A DNA stretch of 64,000 nt, from positions 53,258,001 through 53,322,000 of the forward strand of contig NC_043010.1 of the NCBI RefSeq assembly GCF_006345805.1. The letters run 5' to 3'. Positions 13,347 to 27,863 of the stretch are shown one piece after another. Source of the DNA: Octopus sinensis (lineage: Eukaryota). A program made the translations under genes and the position numbers. The notes beneath the pieces are model-generated. The model did no database searches, was not told where the DNA came from, and saw only the letters and a program-made list of their open reading frames with translations. Positions within the stretch are counted from its first letter, which is position 1; the number at the start of each line of letters is the position of its first letter.

Positions 13347-14152
13347 GGCGGCGAGCTGGCAGAAACACTAGCACGCCGGGCGAAATGCTTAGCGGTATTT
13401 CGTCTGCCACTACGTTCTGAGTTCAAGTTCTGCCAAGGTCGACTTTGCCTTTCATCCGTTCGGGGTCGATAAATTAAGTACCAGTTATGCACTGGTGTCG
13501 ATGTAATCGACTTAATCACTTTGTCTGTCTTTGTTTGTCCTCTTTGTGTTTAGCGCATTGTGGGTAGTAAAGAAACAGGTATTTCGTCTGCCACTACGTT
13601 CTGAGTTCAAGTTCTGCCAAGGTCGACTTTGCCTTTCATCCGTTAGGGGTCGATAAATTAAGTACCAGTTATGCACTGGTGTCGATGTAATCGACTTAAT
13701 CACTTTGTCTGTCTTTGTTTGTCCTCTTTGTGTTTAGCGCATTGTGGGTAGTAAAGAAACAGGTATTTCGCCTGCCGCTACGTTCTGATTTCAAATTCCG
13801 CTGAGGTCGACTTTGCTTTTCATCCTTTCGGGGTCGATTAAATAAGTACCTCTGGGTTGATTAAATAAGTACCAGTTACGCACTGGGGTCGATATAATCG
13901 ACTTAATCTGTTTGTCTGTCCTTGATTGTCCGCTCTGTGTTTAGCCCCTTGTGGGTAGTAAAGAAATAGGTATTTCGCCTGCCACTACGTTCTGAGTTCA
14001 AATTCCGACGAGGACGACTTTACCTTTCATCCTTTCGGGGTTGATAAATAAAGTACCAGTTACTCACTGGGGTTGATATAATCGACTTAATCCGTTTGTC
14101 TGTCCTTGTTTGTCCCCTCTATGTTTAGCCCCTTATGGGCAATAAAGAAATA
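13347..14152 (+). mobile_element. SINE family B tetramer (one head + four tandem body units)
   Basis: Units start with GGTATTTCG at 13394, 13578, 13762, 13969. Confidence 0.92.
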
Positions 14153-15055
14153 AGTATATTGAGAGAGTACTTACCTAAGCTAGAAATTATTGGTGCGAAG
14201 TGTAATTATAGCGCTAAGGAGTAAAGGGATAAGAGGAAGGAATTTCTGCATTTCAACTCACATCGAAAAAGGCCAAGAGGAAGCATTCTTTCCTAAGATT
14301 CTAATGATCCTGCCACTTCTCAATAGTCAAGGAGTATAAGAAAATACTATACGTTATAACATAACAGTTAGTAAACAAAACCAACGAAGTTAGTAATATT
14401 AACCACAGTAAAATGTCAAGAACAATAACAGTTTTCAAATACAACTGCAACGCACACTAAAGCTGGTGTACCGAGATAAATGTGAGGAAATATATTACAG
14501 AGTATTGTGAATGGAATGGTGCATAACTAACATCCCTAGGGCTATTATATATTTATATATGGAAGTATGCATATGCGAGGATATAAATATATATATATAT
14601 ATTATATATATATATGGGTGTGTGTTCGGATGTGTCAGGGAATGTGTTTATGTCGGAGTATGTAGATGCAAACGAGCCGCGAAGGGACGCACAGTGAACG
14701 AAAAAAGAGAAGTTGGGAGATTGGGATATACATATGTATGTGTGTGTTTGTGTATGTTTCTGTGTGTGTGTGTGTGTGTGTGTATTGCTGCGTGTGTGTG
14801 TGTGTGTGTGTGTGTGTATTTGTGTGTGTGTGTGTGTGTTTGTGTGTATAAGAGGTGGATAGGTAAATAAATAGACAGAATGACAGAATAGAATGTAGAT
14901 AAAATCTGACATATAAAGAGCGAAGGAAAGATATAAAGGAAGAAAATATGTATCGCTGTTTCTTTCTTCTCTCTCTCTGTCTCAATATATGTGTGTATAT
15001 ATGTGTGTATATATATTATATATATATATGCATATATATATATATATATATATGC

Positions 15056-15095
<40 letters not shown>

Positions 15096-15169
15096 TATAT
15101 ATATGATATATATATATTATATATATATATATGCATATATATTTATTATTGCATATATATATATATATA

Positions 15170-15229
<60 letters not shown>

Positions 15230-15677
15230 GATGAGTTCTGAGAGATGCATAGACGTATTTAGATAGCTGGGCAGACGAAGAGTAGGGAATCAAGAGAAAC
15301 AGAGAGAAGGATTGTCAGATTAAAATAGATACAGAAACATGGGTATATGTTTATGTATGGCTTAAAAGATGATCACATGACGATTTATTGCAGGAAGATG
15401 TCTATATTTTCCCCTTGTCAATTCGCGCTTCTTTGTGCCTATTGAATATATGCTTTGTGTAAATATTTATGTATTGTGTGTGTTTTTGTGTAAGTGCTCA
15501 TGTACTTCCATAGGTAAAATATATATGTACGAATATACATACATACATACATACATACACACACACACATATATACATATATATATATATAAATATATAT
15601 ATATACACACACATATATGTATTCATATATACACACAAAAGCACGCACACACACCCACGCAGCATATATATATGTAT

Positions 15678-15719
<42 letters not shown>

Positions 15720-15720
15720 G

Positions 15721-15811
<91 letters not shown>

Positions 15812-15814
15812 TGG

Positions 15815-16530
15815 ATATCTGATTTGGACCACCAAGAGCTGAAGTTAAGTTCTGATCTTTGGGGATCTTAAAACGTCTTTTGGGGCCTCTTTTAGATTTG
15901 CAGACCTTATGACATACACGGCATTGAAAGGTGTGCACAGATATATAGGCAGGGTAGTTGGTGGAAGTCTGTTTTCCATGGGCCTGGAAATGGGATTCCA
16001 GCCCAGCAAAAGAAAGGCATGCTCTATCACAGACAGTGCACACAAAAAGGTCACTGAGATTCACGTTCTCGATCGCAATATTCTTCTTTAAATCTCGCTT
16101 GAGTCTTGCATGTGTCATCCTGGTCGCCTCAGAAGCTTCACTGCACGCTTCTGTTCGCCATCCAGCTCGATCCGAAGCAAGCATGTCTAGGCCTCTGGGC
16201 TTCATGGTAGTCCTTATGCAGTCTATAATCCTCTTTTTAGGTTTACACCGATTGTGTTTCCCCTCTGAAAGCTCGCTATAAAAACAGCTGTTTTGGGTGT
16301 GCTTCCATCCGCCGCTCGAACAAAATGGCCATGCCATCTTATTTACTTTCTCTGAGTCATTGATTTAATTGAACTGATACCTGCAGGTGCAAAGACATGT
16401 GTGTCTTGTGTTTAAAAGCCCCAATTAATGTTTAGGGTGCGGCGAAAGCATTTTTGGTGGAATCGTTCTAACAATTTGAAATCTCTTTCATAACATGTCT
16501 ATGTTCCAGAAGATTTGTAAAGAGCCGAAT
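15815..16530 (-). mobile_element. RTE-clade LINE 3' remnant (post-RT region with C2H2-like fingers)
   Basis: LLERFHQKCFRRTLNINW..; FYSELSEGKHNRCKPKKRIIDC..LASDRAGWR; CTVCDRACLSFAGLESHFQAH; CRVCHKVCKS; stops and frameshifts. Confidence 0.88.
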
Positions 16531-16646
16531 TTGTGTTGTTATTTGTATACACACACACACACACACAAACATATATATATATATATATATATGTATATGA
16601 GTCGGAGGTGCGTGTCGTGTATATATATATGTGTGTGTGTGTGTGT

Positions 16647-16700
<54 letters not shown>

Positions 16701-17269
16701 CGTGTGTGCGTGCGTGTGTGTAAAGAATAAAGTGTTTTGAATGACGCAACAATGGTCTATAATAACTGTAGTAATATAATCATCCATAGTGTGATATATT
16801 TCGGAATATAAAAATTCCTTCTTCAGATATCCCTAGGAGTTGATGGAGTCGCTGCTACAATCGGTTTTAAAACGGCTTTATTTTTTTTCGCAAGCGTCTC
16901 AGCAGTGGTCTCAGGAAACTCCTTCCGGAATGCCTCATGACAAGTGCGTGAGGTCGACCATATCTCACGCTCAGGTGTGGTGGTACATCCGTAGCGCTGC
17001 TGCTAAGTTATGTATTATACGTGCAGGTTCCTTCTTTTTCCGACTCCCTATATACATATATATACTCTTCTCAACGTAAACATAACGATGTAAGAAATTT
17101 GAAAAGCTGAACGCGAAACCGGTCATTTCTTCAAAAACTATGTCATTGTATGAAAAAAAATTATAACATTCTTCAGACATATTGACTCAAATATATATTT
17201 TTTAACCTTTTAAAACAAGCCTTCTGTAGTTTTTTCACTTTTTACTATTTTCTATATATATATATTTAA

Positions 17270-17780
17270 ATCCAGAAAACGGAATAAGAACATAACGGAC
17301 GGCAATAAAAACATACGGACAGATAGACGATACAAAGACGGACAGGAAAAAAACAGAACAGAACATTCGTGGCTTTCTTTCATCAGTCAAGCTTCTAATC
17401 ATCATTACACTTTCAGCTTGTTACACGTGAGACTGTTCAAAGTTGGTAGGCCTGAAAAATCTAAGCTAAGACCATTAAATTTGGGGAAGAAAGTAAGCGA
17501 ATATGCGCGACAGCACAGACAAAAGCATTGAGAAAACGGAGAAATGGTTACACGATTACAAATACAAACAAAGACAACAACAGGTGTCATATGACTGATA
17601 AGGAGAAGTTAAATCATGGCTGGCGTGTAAACTGGAAATCTTCAAGGCACAAATATAGATGAAAGTAAGGAGACGGGAGAGACCAAATACCGATCACGTG
17701 GGAGCAAGAGAGAGAGGTAGGAGGCAGATGGGATAGAAGGATTAGGGAAGGGACTGTGGAAGAGAGAAAACAGAGGAAAG
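17270..17780 (-). mobile_element. (TA)n-abutting purine-skewed element with CTGATGA motif
   Basis: Minus strand GCTGAAAGTGTA..TTGACTGATGAAAG; similar to 12637-12830. Confidence 0.5.
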
Positions 17781-17869
17781 TAGAGAGACTGGTTGCAACA
17801 TTTGACACAAGGCCATCAATTTCGGTCAGGAGATAGGTTGATCACATAGACACCTGTATTCAAGCGGTG

Positions 17870-18050
17870 CGTCGTTGCGTTGTGAGTTCAAATTCCGCCG
17901 AGGTTGACTTTGCCTTTCATCCTTTCGGGGTCGATAAATTAAATACCAGTTACGCACTGGGGTCGATGTAATCGACTTAATACCTATGTCTGTCCTTGTT
18001 TGTCCCCTCTGTGTTTAGCCCCTTGTGGGTAATAAAGAATTAGGTATTTA
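17870..18050 (+). mobile_element. SINE family B body
   Basis: GAGTTCAAATTCCGCCGAGGTTGACTTTGCCTTTCATCC...GTAATAAAGAATTAGGTATTT. Confidence 0.9.
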
Positions 18051-18277
18051 TTCAACCGCCCCTCAAGGGATGAATTTCAGTCAAGAAGGTAAACCCGGAC
18101 GAAATGCCACGTAGCATTCCACCCGGGGTGCTAGCGATACTGCCAGTTCGCCTAGTATATGTATATATATCACGCTTGACCGACCAAGCTATATGTTCCT
18201 ACACATCGCCGGTCAAAATGCACTTCGCATTGTTTAAGCCTTCAATGACGCCACTCCGCTGGCTAAGCGAGCAGGCC

Positions 18278-18337
<60 letters not shown>

Positions 18338-18340
18338 TAT

Positions 18341-18385
<45 letters not shown>

Positions 18386-18687
18386 GTATATACATATATA
18401 TAGGTATAATAATATATATGTATATATAGATATATATATATATATATATATATTTATGCATATACATACATGCTTACAAATATATACAACACGTAGAGAG
18501 AAATGAATGAATGCATGTATGTGTAAATCTATATATATAATATATAAATAAAATAAATATATATATATATTCATTTACACATATATACATATATAACATC
18601 ATATATATACAACATATACATACATATATAATATAACATATATATGTATATATATACATATAATATGTATATATATGTATAATATAT

Positions 18688-18756
<69 letters not shown>

Positions 18757-19162
18757 ATATATCATGCGGATTTAGTCGTAATGTTCACTTCCTGATGTTT
18801 ATTCGTCGTGAAGGAAATGTTTCCCTGTAGAAACGTTCGTGCTTATAGCCATCTTACCGGTTACTCCCAGGATAGTGTACACCGGAATGATATAGATGTA
18901 TGCAGAGAGAATGTCTCACTGCGTGTTTGGGCACTCGAGCGCATTTATGCCGATTGTTATGTATATGCAGAAAATACATTCATATATTAGTATTGTGTGT
19001 TGTTACACACAGATACACACAAAGACATATATATATATATATATATATAGGGTTAGAGATGTATATATGCCGATATATGCATAGTGAGAAGGCAAGAGAG
19101 AATATAAGATATATAGACACGTAGATTGACGGATAATTATCTAGTTATATATGTAGATTTCC

Positions 19163-19243
<81 letters not shown>

Positions 19244-19393
19244 GTGAATGCTAATGAAGATATCTCTCTCTGTCAATATATTCTGGTATTTTTCTCTCGA
19301 ACACCATACTATTTCTCAGTCTCTCGCCTACTCTACTCACTCACACTCGCTCTCACCCCTCTCAGTATTGATATATATTATATATATAGATAT

Positions 19394-19429
<36 letters not shown>

Positions 19430-19794
19430 GTGTGGGTGTGTGTGTGTGTGTGTGTGTGTGTACGTATATATACATATATAATATATCACAACACATATCT
19501 ATGTATATATATGCATGTCTTCATATGCATTTATGTATGGATATATATGTATATTTGTATGCATATGTATATAACTTGTATATGTTACTCCATGAGAATA
19601 TGGATCTACGTATGAATAGTCTAGCAGCGTCCATATTAAGATTAAACCAAGCAACATCAACAAAAATCAAGAAAAAAATGTGCTCCATTGATTTATAGTC
19701 GCCTCATATTCTGGAAATTTCGAAGCTAGAAGGAAATCACGTTATAAATATATATAGAGGTGTATATGCATATATTGTAATATATATCAAATAC

Positions 19795-19902
<108 letters not shown>

Positions 19903-19905
19903 CAT

Positions 19906-19942
<37 letters not shown>

Positions 19943-20444
19943 CATATATATATATATAATATATATATATTAATATATTATATATATAAATATATATATT
20001 CATATATATATTCATATATATATTATATATTTATGTTTCTATATGAATGTATATATATAAATGATATCTTATATATATATATCATATTCTATATTCATAT
20101 ATATATATATATGTAATATAAATATTATATCATATTCACATATATATATAGTCATATACTTATATATGTAGGTATGTATGTGTGTGTACGTACATATATT
20201 AGCAAATTCGTGCGTGTATTGGTGTATATATATATACATATATACACACACACACACACGTGTGTGTGTGTGTGATCGTGCGTGTATGTGTGTATGTGTG
20301 TGTGTATGTGTGTGTGAGTGTGTGTGTGTGTATGTATGTGTGTGTGTTTGTGTGTGTGTGTGTACAATCTCACACCTCTTTCCATTTACTTCAGAATCCG
20401 ACTGTTGGTCTTCAACAAGATTTACGTGCAGCTGCGCTCACACT

Positions 20445-20780
<336 letters not shown>

Positions 20781-21486
20781 GATGAAAACCACTAACTTTG
20801 CCACTGCTATTGCAACAGTTACATTGATTCAATTACTCCCAATAGCAATTCTGGTCCGGCCATTGATTCTGCAAGCCTATGTATTGGAAAACGAAAAAGA
20901 AAGCGAATAACTGAACGACCAAACTGTAGTCCTACAAGCGGAGTGATTCTAATTTGCTATGAAGAAATGCATCGTGATGCGTCAGCGTTTCCTTAACGTT
21001 TACTGCCTACAGGTTTTAAGTGCATAGTGTCTGGCGTCTGAATCTACAATTGTTTTTGTTGTTTGCCCTCGGGTCAGCTCTGATCTTGAAGACCTAGCAA
21101 TGAAAAGTGTTCCCAGCTTCTCGTCTTAATGTCTTTATTTCTGACATGGCGTATCTAGAACTGCGTTATCGAATGTGTCTATTCTCTTTAAAATGATTGG
21201 ACATGATTACGGAGTGGTGTTGCGGTTATTTCTAACAAATGCGGGCATAGCTTTGTGGTCAAGAACCATGCTATGCAACCAGATGATTTTTAGGTTCAGT
21301 ACCATTGTGTGGCACCACGCGGGCAAGTGTCTTCTACTACAGCATCGGACCAACCAATACCTTGTGTATAGTCGGAAGTTGTAGTCGGAAATGTGCAGAA
21401 CCTGTCGTAAATATATCTATCTACCTATATAAATAATAAATATATATATATATATATATAGTATATATATATATATATATATATAG

Positions 21487-21836
21487 GGGTAAAATATGGA
21501 ATATCAACGAAAATGCACATTGCAAATAGAAAAAGGCTTTTTATGACAGGTAACGACAAATATATACATTTAGATGGACTGAGGTAGTAATAAAAGTCAT
21601 AAAAGTCATTATTATGAAATGATTATAAGATGATAATAAAATTATCTTATAACCATTTCATAATAATGATTATATGACTTTTATTACTACCTCAGTCCCA
21701 TCTAAATGTATGTATTTGTCGTTACCTGTCATAAAAAGCCTTTTTCTATTTGCAATGTGCATTTCGTTGATTTTTCATATTTTACCCTTACGTTTCCACG
21801 TGTATCTTATATCTTCTTTTTGTAACATATTTCTAC
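21487..21836. repeat. ~300-bp foldback (inverted repeat) + ~50-bp tail inside (TA)n
   Basis: GGGTAAAATATG..GCACATTGCAAATAGAAAAAGGC.. pairs with ..GCCTTTTTCTATTTGCAATGTGC..CATATTTTACCC. Confidence 0.92.
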
Positions 21837-21839
21837 TAT

Positions 21840-21900
<61 letters not shown>

Positions 21901-22857
21901 AGAGAGAGGAGGAGAAAGAGAGAGAGGGTAGTGATACAACAAGGCACCAATGTTTACTGGAAGTAGCAGTCGATACATTTATGATGCTATAGTAAATTTT
22001 CCCTGTGTATATACTGGTTGCCAGGACCTGTGAGGGCAGCGTACATACAAAATTTCGTCTAACCTCTAGAAAGAACATTAGATAAATGGACAACCCTGAA
22101 TCGGATAATCTTGTACCCAGCTTTCGGACTCTTCAAATACGTTTATCGTGAATCTGATTAGTTTTCTTCAGGTAGATTTACTTGGACAATATTTCAAATG
22201 TTGCTACATCAATGCCTAGCCTTTAACAGACCAGAGAACAGTGACTTTTCTACCCAAAAGTGTTTTTCAATCCAATATTTACACGCTAGTATTTATAGCT
22301 TTATGTGCTTCGAGATGCGTTGTTCCCCCCAAAAAAAACTATTATTTCACATTCACTCGAAATTTTCATATGCACTCATGTGTGTATGCTTGTCTCCAAA
22401 CACCACGTAACTACAGGTGTTTGTTTCTTTACGTCCACGTAACAGTTTCAGTCCATTGGCTGTAAGAGATAAAAGATGATAACCAAGATATCGACTGTGT
22501 GTATGAATGTTGATATGTGTGTGTGGATGACGAGAGGAAAGTCTGTTCAAATTTATTTCAAGATATAAGAAACGGATTATGTTAAAATACAAGGTAAATT
22601 AGAATATTATCTTGTTTCATTCAAAACAGATGACAACTGGCAAATTATCACTACCCTGCATCTACTCACTGGTTTATCTAATCAACATTTATACACTGTG
22701 TATTCGTTTGCTTCTTTTCTTTACACATTACTAGAAGTAACAAATTAACCTACTGTCTGATTTCAGATTATCTCCTCAATAATAATTATGGATAGGTGTT
22801 GCGTTATATTGATGCGAATATGGTGTCTTATTTGTTCATATATATATATATATATAT

Positions 22858-23184
22858 GTAAATGAAAGAATGGAGTTGAACGACGATTTAACAAAATTCA
22901 TTTATTCTCGACATATGTTTCGAAGGCTGCATATTCCTAATTTCGAATATATACATTTCGAATATATATATATATACATTTTGAATATATACATTTCCTT
23001 CGAAATTAGGAATATGCAGCCTTCGAAACATATGTCGAGAATAAAGGAATTTTGTTCCACACGAAAGCACGTGATCTCTGCCCTTGGCATGTAGCTTCAC
23101 CCGTGTTTTTCTGACGTGAATTTGCTACCCAGGTATCGGTTAACCGAATTATCCATACTAAGATAATTCATTCAACTACTTACC
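22858..23184. repeat. Foldback element in (TA)n with 58-bp arms carrying a hammerhead 3' half (GAAACATATGTC)
   Basis: 22890-22947 is the near-perfect reverse complement of 22999-23056. Confidence 0.85.
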
Positions 23185-23223
23185 TATATATATATATACA
23201 TACATATGTAAATATATATATAC

Positions 23224-23300
<77 letters not shown>

Positions 23301-23502
23301 CATATATGTCCAAGAAGGAGACGAACACCAGTGTCCCATGTGACAGGTTCCATAATGTAGAGAGATATGTCGCTCAACATGGAACAAATTGTAGCCTAGT
23401 TAAACCCAAATAAAGAATATTTCTCCACCAGTTCGGTGACGAGCACTCATTCTCAGAGTTCAATTTTAAGGTTTATGTATATATACATATATATATATGT
23501 TG

Positions 23503-23574
<72 letters not shown>

Positions 23575-23779
23575 AATTAAGGACTGAACACGAAAAGTGG
23601 ACAGTCAACATGCTAGATATAGACGTCAAATCGCCATTCACCACAAAAGATTATGTATATAAAGATTATATATATAAAAAATATATATATGTATATATAC
23701 ATATACCTTTATTCCAATATATATATATATATATATACACACGAAAACAAGAGTATAAACAACAAGAAGGTGTGTTAAT

Positions 23780-23825
<46 letters not shown>

Positions 23826-23828
<3 letters not shown>

Positions 23829-24200
23829 GAAAACAAGTGTATAAACAAGAAGGTGTGTTAGTTTGATGCGCGTAAAGGTGAGAAAGTCTTTTACATTTTG
23901 AGCCTACGCTCTTCAACAGAAAGGAACCCGATGAAATAAACAGAGAGAGGATTTAAAACTTTTTGGAGTTAGTAGTCAATCATAGCGACTTGTTGGACAT
24001 GGGAAGTTAGTCAGGAGAGCTAGGAAGAATGGGAGATAATGAAGTACTGGTGATCCCAAAACAAAGGTGCGCATGCGTGTGTGTATGTGGGAGTGTGTAA
24101 GTGTGTGCGTGTGGATAGGGGATGGTGACTTTGCCATGTGAATGTGTGCGTCTATAAGGTGTTGGTGTTTAAATGATGGTGTGGGTGCTGGGGAAGGGGT
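23826..24200 (-). mobile_element. Decayed hammerhead-bearing element (family of 54040-54270)
   Basis: Minus 23919-23891 CTGTTGAAGAGCGTAGGCTCAAAATGTA, same stem II as 54136. Confidence 0.55.
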
Positions 24201-24232
24201 CAATTATAGTGATCAGTTATAGATATATAAAT

Positions 24233-24400
24233 GGAGCACTCCGTCGGTCATGACGACGCGGGTCTCAGCTGATATGATCAACGGAACAACTTGCTCGTGA
24301 AATTGTGGAAGTCGCAGAACATTCCACAAACTCGTTACCCTTGTCGTAGTTCTCAGGGAGATTCAGCCTGACAAGGCCTGGGCCTTTGAAATCCAAGTAT
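24233..24400 (+). mobile_element. Fragment of another interspersed repeat
   Basis: GAGCACTCCGTCGGT..ATCAACGGAACA..GCTCGTGAAAT recognised from recall as a common octopus repeat; single copy here. Confidence 0.4.
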
Positions 24401-24747
24401 TACTCTATATTGTTATATATATATATATAATATATATATATATATAATATATAATATATATATATATATATTGTTTTTAAAGTTTGGCACATGGTCAGTA
24501 GCTTTTGAGCAGAAAGGGTAGTCGATTACATTGATTGATCCCCAATCTTCAACTGATACTTTATCTTAATGACCACGAAAGGACGAAGTGAATTTGAACT
24601 CAGAACGTAAAGTCGGGCGAAATGCCGCTAAGCATTATATTCGGCGTCCTAAAGAATCTCCCAGCTCGCTCTGTTGATATCGATATACACACATCCATAC
24701 ATACAAACAGACCGACCGACATTCATACATACATACATACATATATA

Positions 24748-24975
24748 CCGAAAATCCTCGAGTATAGTCCACCCTTGAATATAATACGCAGGGGAAAGGT
24801 ATTTTCGCGCCCGACATCACAAAATGCGTCTGAATAAACATCGCAGAACAGCAAATAGAGACTCAGACATTGCTTAGAAAATATTTTTTAATTTTCACCT
24901 TGTATATAGTACGCACTAGTGATTTTGACCTTTAAATTTTGGGGGAAAATGCGGATTATACTCGAGGATTTACGG
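24748..24975. mobile_element. 228-bp Tc2/pogo-type MITE
   Basis: TIRs CCGAAAATCCTCGAGTATAGTCC / GGATTATACTCGAGGATTTACGG, flanked by TA on both sides. Confidence 0.88.
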
Positions 24976-25047
24976 TATATATTGGTCTTGGGTTGTATTA
25001 TCGTTTATCTTTAGATGTTTAGATGTAAATTTTGTGATATTAATATG

Positions 25048-25101
<54 letters not shown>

Positions 25102-26751
25102 TGCGTGTGTATTAGTAATATTAGCATGAGTTGGCAGTGATCCAATTCCTTACGATCTCATATCTTTTTGTGGGGTGGAGAATTCTACAGTTATTTCTAA
25201 TCTGTTATCTGTGGTCCTTTATATTGGGGATGTGTTTGTTTATGGATTTGAGAAAGTTTTCTGTGGATAATGCTACTTTGAGACGATGTTTTTGCTGTTT
25301 TCAATTGTCATTTGTTAATTATACGATCGGATCATCAATGTGTTTTCTCTTAAATGAAGTTCAACAGTCTCCGGTGACAAACAACAGCTCTATGTGAAAT
25401 ATCAATGTCTACAATCTGTTATTGAGAGTTTCAATACCTTAAGTGCTATGAAGTTAACAAGTACATTTTCCGCCATTTAAAAATTACCATCAACGCACAG
25501 TGCTCTAGCTAGTAATTAGTATTCATCTGTTTATTCAGTTGACAATAAACAATTTTGCCAGCATATGATACGCACTCTCACATAAGGCACATCACTCTTC
25601 CCCAAGTATATTTTCGAACAAGGAAAACAAACTTAGTTATCTTTCATCATACATTTGTTGAGAGATATTTTAAAGTGGTTTTGTAAAGGAAAATGGACGA
25701 ATCTCTACAATGTACATATAACAGTTTATTGGAATAAAATATATAACCGTAAATTATATGGCTATATGAGTACTATCTTTGAACTTTAAACTTTATTGTT
25801 AACAATTGTATAGCTATTTATATTTGGATCAAGAAAATTGCCATATAGGATACAAACTCGTATTTCTGGCTGTTATATCTTGAGTAATTGTAACTGGCCA
25901 ACAGGGTGGCGCGCCACCGCTATGATTTTGTTGTCATCCATTCATTGCAAATAGATAATAGCTGATGAAGACTCGTTAACATTCCTTTATCTTACTTGGA
26001 AAAGTTTTCATTTGCCTAAGTAATGAAATGTTTATTAAAGATAACATGAACATTAAATAATATAAGGTATATATCAAGTGAGGGTTATGTACGCTAGGAA
26101 ACGAGGTGTAACTAGAGTATAAGACCACCTCACATTTCTGTAAGTACTATAAGCGATTTTTCATACGTTTCTGCTAACAGTCTATGATAATTTCGCCTGT
26201 TTTCAGTATATTACTATGTGTAACTCTCATTCTAGCGGACTTATACTCATGCGTCTTCCTACATTAAAGTTTAGAAAAAATGTGTTATGTACGCAGGTAA
26301 ATGCGGCAAATTCGTGGTAAATCTTGTTATTCAGCATCAGTACAATGTTAATCATTAAATGTTTCAATACTTAGGATGTTATCAAATTATTATGTACAGA
26401 GTTTGCCTCCATTCACTTATCGTTTATGCATTGTGTTGTCACCAACTAGTTTATAGTGTTTATTTATAAAAATGAACTCAACAGACTGTTTATTCATTTA
26501 ACTACTATATGTTAAGAATATTATTGAACATTAGTAAAATGTGTTTATCAATTCAACATCTACGTTTTGCTACTATACGTAGACTAAATTTGTAACAAAA
26601 TGCTTGAGTCTGACTACATGTAAACGATAGAGATCTTATTCAGCCAACTGTTTTGGGTCTATTTAGCTGTTATTCAATATAATTGTATGTGTGTGTATAT
26701 GTGTATGTATGTATATGTATGATATATATAGATGTGTATAGGTGCATACAT

Positions 26752-26845
<94 letters not shown>

Positions 26846-26869
26846 TGTGTGTGTTTGTGTGTGTTTGTT

Positions 26870-26952
<83 letters not shown>

Positions 26953-27470
26953 TGTGTTTATATATTCAATTAAAATACCAGCCATTGTTAATGTCGGAAA
27001 TCTATGCTCTCTATTAAGTCGGATGTTTTCTCTAGACTATGTTTATCTTCGTAAATTACTGAATTTAACATAATTTCTTTGTTTGAATTCATGCTGTGCT
27101 GAAGATACCCAAAAAGGATGAAATAAGGCTATACATGTCTACCTACAACTAGAAAATTTAGGAACTTTATCATGTGCAAAAATAACTATGAGTATTGTCT
27201 GTACATTTTTACTATTCGGTGTAAATTCTTAAACTTTCAAAACTGCGGTAACTTAATTTAAAAGCCGTTGTATCTCGTATGATATATACCTGCTAGGGGC
27301 ACATCAAGTGTTTACATATTTTATTTAGCTAGTTCACATCCACCATAGCTACCTTGACAATATCTACATACTGTGATCTATCTGATTAGTAGCTTACGTA
27401 TCATTCCGGACAAATGAGTGTGGATATATAAAAAATGCAGAATTCTATAAGCAATATATATATATATATA

Positions 27471-27863
27471 TATTAGTCATACGATATAGTGTTTATTTAA
27501 ACACATAAGAAATCCACTTATAGGAATTCAACACGCTAGAAAGAACAGCTAGGTTCTATATCCACAAAATTTAGGGATAAAATTCTCATAGGAACGAATT
27601 GAAAAATGAAAAACATAATGGTAAAATGTTTTGCATTTCTCAATTTATTCCTGTCGAATTTTATCCCTAATTTTTGTGGTTATAGAACCTAGCTGCTCTT
27701 CCTAGCATGTTGAATTCCTATAAGTGGATTCCCTATGTGTTTAAATATACAAATATACACTATATCGTATGACTAATATATAGTGTTTTTTGACAAAATT
27801 TTTTACACGTTAGACCACTGGAAATGTAAATTTCAATTAATTTCCATTTCCCTTTGATATGAT

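Larger units (their letters stand above)
5238..14575 (-). pseudogene. Probable decayed CD20/MS4A/sarcospan-like four-transmembrane gene (fragments at 14575-14175 and 5476-5238)
   Basis: 14575-14175 gives frameshifted TM-like pieces (IIALGMLVM / TIPFTILCNIFPHIYLGTPALVCVAV / VAGSL-ILGK / LLSAIIT-FAPIISSL) ending in a phase-1 G|GTAAGT donor. 5476-5310 is a phase-1 exon (tttatttcAG acceptor, AAG|GTAAGT donor) encoding a Cys-rich loop [18 protein letters not shown]; reading through the donor adds hydrophobic [13 protein letters not shown]. Confidence 0.4.

Noticed and set aside
25100-26310. Old pogo/Tc2-like element with degenerate ends
   Set aside because: No convincing transposase motifs or paired TIRs by eye
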